DNA of 64,000 bases from Lachnospiraceae bacterium (lineage in GTDB: Bacteria; Bacillota; Clostridia; Lachnospirales; Lachnospiraceae), in assembly GCA_024696945.1 (NCBI GenBank), contig JAILGF010000196.1:8918-72917 (forward strand). Reading direction: 5' to 3'. The notes under the pieces are model-generated. The model was not told where the DNA came from. It searched no databases and was given only the letters and a program-made list of their open reading frames with translations. Within the stretch, counting starts at the first letter, position 1, and the number at the start of each line of letters is the position of its first letter. The translations under genes and the position numbers were made by a program. Below are positions 27,676 to 35,015 of this stretch, piece after piece.

Positions 27676-29817
27676 ATGGCAGCAAAAAAGGAATCTATAA
27701 CCAAGAAGGAAGCAGACGTAAAAACGACTGCGAAAAAGACTTCAAAGAAAACCGCACCCGAAAAGGTGACCGTGGTCTCTGACAAGGCAAGTATAAAGGA
27801 CGCAGAACCCGAAAAGAAACACAAGATCAAAACCATCGGTGTACTTACCAGCGGCGGTGATGCACCGGGAATGAATGCTGCAGTCCGTGCCGTAGTACGT
27901 ACGGCTATAGCAAACGGAATTGCCGTAAAGGGTATAAAACGTGGTTTTTCGGGACTTATCGATGAGGATATAATAGATCTTAATTCCAGAAGCGTAGCTG
28001 ACACCATCCAAAAGGGCGGAACCTTCCTGTTCACTGCAAGATGTCCCGAGATGATAACAACGGAAGGTCAGGATCTGGCTGCTGCAAACTGCAGAAAACA
28101 TGGTATAGATGCCCTCATCGTTATCGGAGGCGACGGATCCTATAAAGGCTGTCTTACATTAAAAGAGAGAGGCATAAACGTTATCGGTATCCCCGGTACC
28201 ATTGACCTTGACATAGCATGTACAGAGTATACCATAGGCTTTGATACAGCAGTAAATACTGCGATGCATGCCATAGATAAGATCAGGGATACCTCGACCT
28301 CACAGGAAAGATGTTCTATCATCGAGGTTATGGGAAGGCATGCAGGATACATTGCATTGTGGTGCGGTCTTGCAAACGGAGCAGAGGCGGTTCTTACCAC
28401 CGAGCTTTACAACTACGAAGAGCAGAAGCTCATAAACGACATAGAGAAAAAACGTAAGAGCGGAAGAAAGCATTACATCATAATAAATGCAGAGGGCATA
28501 GGCGATTCCGAGGGAATGGCAAAGCGTATAGAGTATGCGACGGGAATGCCTACCTCCGCTACGATCCTCGGTTATCTGCAGCGAGGCGGAAGCCCTACCT
28601 GTAAGGACAGAGTATATGCTTCGGCATTCGGAGCAAAAGCAGTGGATATCCTCTTAAAGGGCGGAGAGAACAGGGTAGTAGCATTTAAGAACGGTGCTTT
28701 TGTGGATTTCGATATGGAAGAAGCACTCGCAATGAAGAAAACCCTTGATCCCTTCCTTGTAGATATGCTCGGAAAGCTGACCCGTAAGGGTGACAGCCGC
28801 CTTATGAAAAACGAAGGACTTCTTACAGTGGAAAATGAAGAAAACACAGGAAAGAAGACAACCATCGGAGTCCTTACGAGCGGTATGGACGCACCCGGAA
28901 TGAATGCAGCCATCCGTGCGGTTGTGCGCTCGGCCATCGGCTATAACATGAAGGTTATCGGTTTTAAACGTGGATATTCGGGACTTATCGAAAAGGATTA
29001 TCTCGAAATGACGAATAAGACCATGTCGGAAACCGTACAGCGCGGCGGAACGCAGCTTCTTGCATCGGATTGTCCCGAGTTCATGACCGAGGAAGGACAG
29101 AAGAAGGCGATAGAAACCTTAAAGGAATTAAAGATAGATGCGCTGGTTATCATCGGCGGCAACGGCACCATGAGAGGCGGTCTCGATCTGATAGCAAAGG
29201 GTATCAATGTTGTTGGAATCCCTGCAACAATTGATCTGGATGTAGCATGCACCGAGTATACCATAGGCTTTGACACTGCTATAAATACCGCTATGGAGTC
29301 CATCGATAAGATAAGGGACACATCGGCTTCGCATGAGCGCTGCAGTGTCATCGAGGTAGCAGGAAAGAGAAGCGGACACAATGCACTCTGGTGCGGTATT
29401 GCCACAGGCGCTGAGGAGATAATTACCAACGAATATCACGATCAGAACCAGCAGAGAATGATATCCGAGATAATAAACAAGAAAAAGCTCGGAAAGAGGC
29501 TTCACCTGATAGTTAATTCCGAATCTGTCGGAAAATCGGCTTCCCTTGCGAAGAACATAGAGTTTGCGACGGGACTTGAGACCAGAGCTACAGTTCTCGG
29601 CATTCTTCAGTGCGGAGGAACTCCTTCGTGCCAGGACCGTGTATTCGCTTCGGCTATGGGCGGCAAGGCTGTAGAAGTAATAAATGCCGGCAAGAAGAAC
29701 AGGATAGTCGCATACCAGAACGGTGAATTCACCGACTTCGACATGGAAAAGGCAATGCGTCTGCAGAAATTCCCGGATGCATATATGGCAGAGATGTCAA
29801 AGAAGCTTGCAAGATAA
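27676..29817 (+). CDS. pfkA: Tandem two-domain ATP-dependent 6-phosphofructokinase (canonical N-half, degenerate C-half) with Lys-rich N-terminal extension
   Basis: I place the start at the ATG at 27676 after an AAGGAG SD. The N-half has IGVLTSGGDAPGMNAA, GGDGS, PGTIDLD, EVMGR and LQRGG. The C-half repeats the whole fold with GMDAPGMNAA, GGNGT, PATIDLD, EVAGK and LQCGG. At 713 aa it is roughly twice the ~320 aa of a normal bacterial PfkA. Confidence 0.9.
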   Translation: MAAKKESITKKEADVKTTAKKTSKKTAPEKVTVVSDKASIKDAEPEKKHKIKTIGVLTSGGDAPGMNAAVRAVVRTAIANGIAVKGIKRGFSGLIDEDIIDLNSRSVADTIQKGGTFLFTARCPEMITTEGQDLAAANCRKHGIDALIVIGGDGSYKGCLTLKERGINVIGIPGTIDLDIACTEYTIGFDTAVNTAMHAIDKIRDTSTSQERCSIIEVMGRHAGYIALWCGLANGAEAVLTTELYNYEEQKLINDIEKKRKSGRKHYIIINAEGIGDSEGMAKRIEYATGMPTSATILGYLQRGGSPTCKDRVYASAFGAKAVDILLKGGENRVVAFKNGAFVDFDMEEALAMKKTLDPFLVDMLGKLTRKGDSRLMKNEGLLTVENEENTGKKTTIGVLTSGMDAPGMNAAIRAVVRSAIGYNMKVIGFKRGYSGLIEKDYLEMTNKTMSETVQRGGTQLLASDCPEFMTEEGQKKAIETLKELKIDALVIIGGNGTMRGGLDLIAKGINVVGIPATIDLDVACTEYTIGFDTAINTAMESIDKIRDTSASHERCSVIEVAGKRSGHNALWCGIATGAEEIITNEYHDQNQQRMISEIINKKKLGKRLHLIVNSESVGKSASLAKNIEFATGLETRATVLGILQCGGTPSCQDRVFASAMGGKAVEVINAGKKNRIVAYQNGEFTDFDMEKAMRLQKFPDAYMAEMSKKLAR

Positions 29818-29885
29818 TTATCTGACAGCATATATTACGGATTAAAAAGTATATAAAAGTAATAAAAAACAGGAGTAAGAGAAAC

Positions 29886-32339
29886 ATGAACATCAACGAA
29901 CAACTTGCAAAAGAACTTGGAATTAAGCTTGAACAGGTGGATGCCACCGTTAAGCTCATCGATGAAGGAAACACCATTCCTTTCATCGCCCGTTACCGTA
30001 AGGAAGTAACAGGCTCATTAAACGACGAGGTTTTGAGAAATCTGTACGACAGACTTACTTATCTTAGGAACCTCGAGGAAAGGAAGGCTTCGGTTCTTGC
30101 AAGTATAGAGGAACAGGGCAAGCTTACTGACGAATTAAAGAAGCAGATCATGGATGCTACCACTCTGGTAGTTGTTGAGGATCTTTACCGTCCTTATAAG
30201 CAAAAGAGAAGAACAAGAGCAACTGTTGCAAAAGAAAAGGGACTTGAGCCTCTTGCAGACATAATTGCGGCACAGGATGCGGATAAGCCTATTGCGGAGT
30301 ATGCGGCGGACTTCATAAATGAGGAAAAGGAAGTAAAGACTGCCGAGGAAGCCATAGCAGGCGCCTGCGACATCATTGCGGAACGTATTTCCGACGAGGC
30401 TGACTACCGTATATATATCAGAAAGCTTACCGGAGACGAAGGACTTATCGTATCCGAAGCAAAGGACGAGAAGGCTCAGAGCGTTTACGAGAATTATTAT
30501 AAGTTCTCAGAGAAGATCAGCACCATCCTTGGACATAGGGTACTTGCTCTTAACCGCGGCGAGGATGAAAAGTTCCTTACAGTGAAGATCGAAGCTCCTG
30601 TAGATCAGATACTCAGATACCTTGAGATGCACACCATCAAAAAGGATAACGAATTTACAAACGATATTTTAAAGAACGTGGTAGCCGATGCATATGACCG
30701 TCTGATAGCACCCGCCATTGAACGTGAGATCCGTTCGGATCTTACCGAAAAGGCGCAGGACAGCGCGATCAAGGTATTCGGAAAGAACCTGACACAGCTC
30801 CTTATGCAGCCTCCTATCGCAGGGCATGTAGTGCTTGGCTGGGACCCTGCATTCCGTACAGGATGTAAGCTGGCAGTTGTAGATCCTACCGGAAAGGTGC
30901 TCGACACGGTAGTAATCTATCCCACCGATTCACCTCATAAGGATATTCCGAAGTCAAAGCGCATTTTAAAGCAGCTGATCGAAAAATACAATATTACCCT
31001 GATATCGGTAGGAAACGGAACCGCATCAAGAGAGTCGGAGCAGGTAATAGTTGAGCTCCTTCATGAAATGAACAAGCCCGACCTGGCATACGTTATCACC
31101 AACGAGGCAGGAGCTTCCGTTTATTCCGCAAGTAAGCTTGCCACAGAAGAGTTCCCGAACTTTGACGTTGGACAGCGTAGTGCGGCATCGATCGCACGCC
31201 GTGTACAGGATCCGTTGGCAGAGCTTGTAAAGATAGATCCCAAGTCCATCGGTGTCGGACAGTACCAGCACGATATGAACCAGAAGAAGCTCGGTGAGCA
31301 GCTTGAAGGTGTTGTTGAGGACTGTGTTAATAAGGTCGGAGTTGACGTCAATACCGCATCCGCCTCACTTTTGGAGTATGTATCCGGTATTTCAAAGCCC
31401 ATTGCCAAGAATATCGTAGCATATCGTGAGGAAAACGGAAGATTCCTGTCGCGTGCGGAGCTTTTAAAGGTACCGAAGCTCGGACCGAAGGCGTTTGAAC
31501 AGTGTGCAGGCTTCTTAAGGATACGCGGCGGAAAGAATCCTTTGGACAATACAAGCGTTCATCCCGAGTCGTACGAAGCTGCAAAGAAGCTGCTCGAAAG
31601 CTTAGGCTTTACTCCTCAGGATATCAAGACACTTCAGGCAGAGCAGGCTAAAGCAGTTCGCGAGGACGAGGATAAGCGTAAAGCAGAGGCCGAGAAAGCC
31701 GAAAGGGAAGCAAAGGCTGCTGCCAGAGGCGGTAAGGACAGAAGAAACAAAAACGAGATACAGATAAAGAATGCCGATTCGGCAATGGGAAGACTTCTTG
31801 CACAGGCACTCGCAAAGTCCGGAAAGAATGTTGTAACAAGGGATAATTCAAATTCAGCAGGCGGAAAGAATGAAGCTAGTGCAAACGCAGCCGGAATCCT
31901 CGGTGCGGCAGCCGAAGCAAACGAAAAGGGAAGTGCAGGCCTGTCACATTTGAGTACCATGATAAAGGACAAGAAAAAGCTTGCGGAGGAGCTCGGGATC
32001 GGTGAGATCACACTTGACGATATCATCAAGGAACTTGAAAAGCCCGGACGCGATCCCCGTAAGGATATGCCCGCACCCATCTTAAGACAGGACGTTCTCG
32101 GAATGGAGGATCTTAAGGTAGGCATGGTTCTTAAAGGAACTGTAAGGAACGTAATAGATTTCGGCGTATTTGTCGATATAGGTGTTCATCAGGACGGTCT
32201 GGTGCATATCTCGCAGATTACCAATAAGAAGTTTATTAAGCATCCTTTAGAGGTGCTGAGCGTCGGAGACGTTGTGGATGTAAAGGTTATGAGCGTGGAT
32301 CTTCAGAAGAAGAGGATACAGCTTACAATGATATTTTAA
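29886..32339 (+). CDS. tex: Tex-like transcription accessory protein (YqgF/HhH/S1 domains)
   Basis: N-terminal LIDEGNTIPFIARYRKE motif, YqgF-like core (VLGWDPAFRTGCKLAVVD), HhH region, and a C-terminal S1 domain (GMVLKGTVRNVIDFGVFVDIGVHQDGLVHISQ). A low-complexity insert precedes the S1 domain. Confidence 0.92.
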   Translation: MNINEQLAKELGIKLEQVDATVKLIDEGNTIPFIARYRKEVTGSLNDEVLRNLYDRLTYLRNLEERKASVLASIEEQGKLTDELKKQIMDATTLVVVEDLYRPYKQKRRTRATVAKEKGLEPLADIIAAQDADKPIAEYAADFINEEKEVKTAEEAIAGACDIIAERISDEADYRIYIRKLTGDEGLIVSEAKDEKAQSVYENYYKFSEKISTILGHRVLALNRGEDEKFLTVKIEAPVDQILRYLEMHTIKKDNEFTNDILKNVVADAYDRLIAPAIEREIRSDLTEKAQDSAIKVFGKNLTQLLMQPPIAGHVVLGWDPAFRTGCKLAVVDPTGKVLDTVVIYPTDSPHKDIPKSKRILKQLIEKYNITLISVGNGTASRESEQVIVELLHEMNKPDLAYVITNEAGASVYSASKLATEEFPNFDVGQRSAASIARRVQDPLAELVKIDPKSIGVGQYQHDMNQKKLGEQLEGVVEDCVNKVGVDVNTASASLLEYVSGISKPIAKNIVAYREENGRFLSRAELLKVPKLGPKAFEQCAGFLRIRGGKNPLDNTSVHPESYEAAKKLLESLGFTPQDIKTLQAEQAKAVREDEDKRKAEAEKAEREAKAAARGGKDRRNKNEIQIKNADSAMGRLLAQALAKSGKNVVTRDNSNSAGGKNEASANAAGILGAAAEANEKGSAGLSHLSTMIKDKKKLAEELGIGEITLDDIIKELEKPGRDPRKDMPAPILRQDVLGMEDLKVGMVLKGTVRNVIDFGVFVDIGVHQDGLVHISQITNKKFIKHPLEVLSVGDVVDVKVMSVDLQKKRIQLTMIF

Positions 32340-32361
32340 TCAAAGAAAGGGGTTTAGAAGG

Positions 32362-33033
32362 ATGAGATATTCAATTGAAGGAAGTCCGATGCCGGTTGTT
32401 ATATGCCAGCTGACCGGCGGAGAAACAATGATCACGGAGAAGGGTGCAATGGCATGGATGTCTCCCAATGTTAAGATGGAGACTATGGGCGGCGGCTTAG
32501 GCAAAATGTTCGGCCGTGCGTTCTCGGGAGAGGCAATGTTCCAGAACCGTTATACCGCAGAGGGTGACGGCATGATAGCTTTTGCATCGAGCATGCCCGG
32601 TGAGATAAGGGCTTTTGAGATAGCACCCGGCAGAGAGATGATATGTCAGAAATCTGCATTCCTGGCATCCACTTCGGGAGTTGAGCTTTCGGTATTCTTT
32701 AACAAGAAGGTCGGAGCAGGATTTTTCGGAGGCGAGGGCTTCATTATGCAGCGCCTTTCGGGACAGGGAGTTGCATTTGTAGAGCTTGACGGATATATCA
32801 AGGAATACGATCTCCAGCCCGGCCAGAAGATAGTTATTGATACCGGATATCTGGCTGCAATGGAGCCTACGGTACAGATAGACATACAGACGGTACCCGG
32901 ACTTAAGAACAAGCTTTTCGGCGGTGAGGGCTTCTTTAATACGCTGCTTACCGGTCCCGGAAAGATCTGGCTTCAGTCAATGCCTGTTTCTTCACTTGCA
33001 GGCTCTCTGCTTCCTTTTATACCCAGAAGCTGA
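32362..33033 (+). CDS. AIM24/TIGR00266-family protein (DUF124)
   Basis: The overall pattern (EGSPMPVVICQL..GE....EKGAMAWM...V.MET..GG, FFGGEGFIMQRLSG.G.AF) matches my recollection of the TIGR00266 family. Function is unknown. Confidence 0.65.
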   Translation: MRYSIEGSPMPVVICQLTGGETMITEKGAMAWMSPNVKMETMGGGLGKMFGRAFSGEAMFQNRYTAEGDGMIAFASSMPGEIRAFEIAPGREMICQKSAFLASTSGVELSVFFNKKVGAGFFGGEGFIMQRLSGQGVAFVELDGYIKEYDLQPGQKIVIDTGYLAAMEPTVQIDIQTVPGLKNKLFGGEGFFNTLLTGPGKIWLQSMPVSSLAGSLLPFIPRS

Positions 33034-33062
33034 GAATAAAAGATACCGGAATATGAGAAAGT

Positions 33063-33094
33063 ATGCCCGGATACGAAAGTATTTGGGCATTTTT
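33063..33094 (+). terminator. Intrinsic terminator after the AIM24-family gene
   Basis: ATGCCCGGATAC (33063-33074) pairs with GTATTTGGGCAT (33079-33090), 12 bp including two G-U pairs, around a GAAA loop, then TTTT. Confidence 0.65.
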
Positions 33095-33155
33095 ACGTCG
33101 GTGATGCGGCAGGCACGTCACCGATGGGCACCATGCCTGCGGCAAAGTACGTTAA

Positions 33156-34940
33156 ATGAAACTCATTTTAAGCTATTTACGGCGGCATATCGTGATATTT
33201 TTGATATCTACCGCCTTTCTGACAATGGAAGCAGTGGCGGACCTTCTTCAGCCCACGTATATGTCCTATATCGTGGATAAAGGTGTTGCCAACTCGGATG
33301 TAGGGAGAATCCTGATCTATGGCGGGATAATGCTCGGAATCGCGCTTTTCGGAGCATTCTGTGCAGTCATGCGAAATCATTTTGCCAGCCGTACGTCACA
33401 GACTATCGGTAAAGAGATAAGGCATGATATCTATCATAACGTGCAGCAGCTATCCCTGGAAAATATTGACAGGCTTCAGCCTGCATCGATCATCACCAGG
33501 GTTACGAATGACGTTACCCAGATCCAGGATTTTATCAATAGTATAATGCGTATCATGATAAAGGCGCCGATCACGGGAATAGGTGCCGTGGTACTTATTA
33601 TCATCCAGACGCCTAAGCAGGCTCCCGTAATGATAGTGATAATACTTATAGCGATACTGCTTATAGTTGCAAATATCATGGTGGGCTATCCGAGATTCGG
33701 AAAGGTTCAGAAGAAGCTGGATAAGCTGAACGGAGTTTCAAGGGAGTTCCTCTCTTCGGTACGTGTTGTTAAAGCCTTTAGGGCCGAGGAAAAGGAAACG
33801 GGAAAATTCAACAGTGCATCGGACAGCCTTGCGGAAGCAAATACATCCGCATTACGTGCCATGGCAATGTTCGCGCCTCTTATAAACCTTACGGTCAATT
33901 TTGGAATTGTACTTCTCCTGTTTATTTCCAAGGATCAGGATGCAGCCGATATAGGAAGGCTTATGGCTTCGGTTAATTACATGGGGCAGGTGCTTTTTGC
34001 CCTTGCATTTATCTCGAACGTCATAAACAGTGCGGTAAGAGCCCTTGCATCCTCTGAGAGGATAAAGGAAGTGCTTGATGAAAAGCCGGTCCAGAAAAAG
34101 GCTGAGAATCCTCAAAAGCCCGACATTAAGGGCACAGTTGAATTTAAAGACGTTTCCTTTGCATATGCAGGTGCTTCAAGAGACGCCTTGAGCCATATTT
34201 CTTTTACGGCAAATCCCGGTGAGACGATAGGCATTATTGGACCTACAGGCTCAGGAAAGACTTCGCTTGTTAACCTGATCCCGAGATTTTATGATGTAAC
34301 GGAAGGCAAAATACTTGTTGACGGCTGCGACGTAAATGAGATAGACGAGGAATACTTAAGGTCGAATGTCGCGCTGGTAGCACAAAAGGCTCTGCTCTTC
34401 AGCGGAACCATAATGGAAAACTTGAGCTGGGGCTTAGGAAGAAGAACCGGTACTGAGCTTACTGAAAGCGGAAAAACAGCTTTGGCGCTTTCTGAGAAGG
34501 ATAAGGAGAAAATAGATACGGCGGTTAAAATTGCCTGCGCCGAGGAATTTATCGGGAAAACCAAGGACGGATACGATACACTTTTAGGACAGGGCGGCGT
34601 TAATCTCTCAGGAGGCCAGAAGCAGAGGCTTTCCCTTGCAAGAGCCCTTGTAAAGGAGCCCAGGATACTGATACTTGACGATTGTACCAGTGCTCTCGAT
34701 GCAAACACGGAGAGTAAGGTACTCAAAGGTCTTTCCAAAATGGGCAGGGATGGAAATGCGGCAGCAAAAGCAACCGTGCTTCTTATCAGTCAGAGGATCT
34801 CAACAGTAATGAGAGCCGATAAGATACTGTGCCTGAACAACGGAACGATACAGGGCTTCGGTACCCATTCGGAACTGCTTGAGAACTGTGGAACATACAG
34901 GGAGATATATGAATCCCAGATAGGTGCGGTTCCTGCGTGA
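33156..34940 (+). CDS. ABC exporter subunit (TMD-NBD half transporter) carrying the degenerate ATPase site
   Basis: Six-TM exporter domain, Walker A GPTGSGKTS, signature LSGGQKQR. Walker B is ILILDDC (the catalytic Glu is replaced by Asp) and the switch region is LISQRIS (His replaced by Gln). Confidence 0.9.
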   Translation: MKLILSYLRRHIVIFLISTAFLTMEAVADLLQPTYMSYIVDKGVANSDVGRILIYGGIMLGIALFGAFCAVMRNHFASRTSQTIGKEIRHDIYHNVQQLSLENIDRLQPASIITRVTNDVTQIQDFINSIMRIMIKAPITGIGAVVLIIIQTPKQAPVMIVIILIAILLIVANIMVGYPRFGKVQKKLDKLNGVSREFLSSVRVVKAFRAEEKETGKFNSASDSLAEANTSALRAMAMFAPLINLTVNFGIVLLLFISKDQDAADIGRLMASVNYMGQVLFALAFISNVINSAVRALASSERIKEVLDEKPVQKKAENPQKPDIKGTVEFKDVSFAYAGASRDALSHISFTANPGETIGIIGPTGSGKTSLVNLIPRFYDVTEGKILVDGCDVNEIDEEYLRSNVALVAQKALLFSGTIMENLSWGLGRRTGTELTESGKTALALSEKDKEKIDTAVKIACAEEFIGKTKDGYDTLLGQGGVNLSGGQKQRLSLARALVKEPRILILDDCTSALDANTESKVLKGLSKMGRDGNAAAKATVLLISQRISTVMRADKILCLNNGTIQGFGTHSELLENCGTYREIYESQIGAVPA

Positions 34941-35015
34941 ACAAGGCCTTAATACTTAAGGAAACGCTGAAGGCGTTTTCTAAGTGACATTAACAAATAT
35001 ACGGGAAAAGAAAAA

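Noticed and set aside
31634-32125. 163-aa minus-strand ORF opposite the Tex low-complexity insert
   Set aside because: It is antisense to a GCA/GAA/AAG-rich region and its composition is Ser/Ala/Phe junk. Tex is well supported on the plus strand.
32924-33280. 118-aa plus-strand ORF bridging the AIM24-family gene end, the terminator and the ABC gene start
   Set aside because: It crosses a clear intrinsic terminator and overlaps two better-supported genes in other frames.
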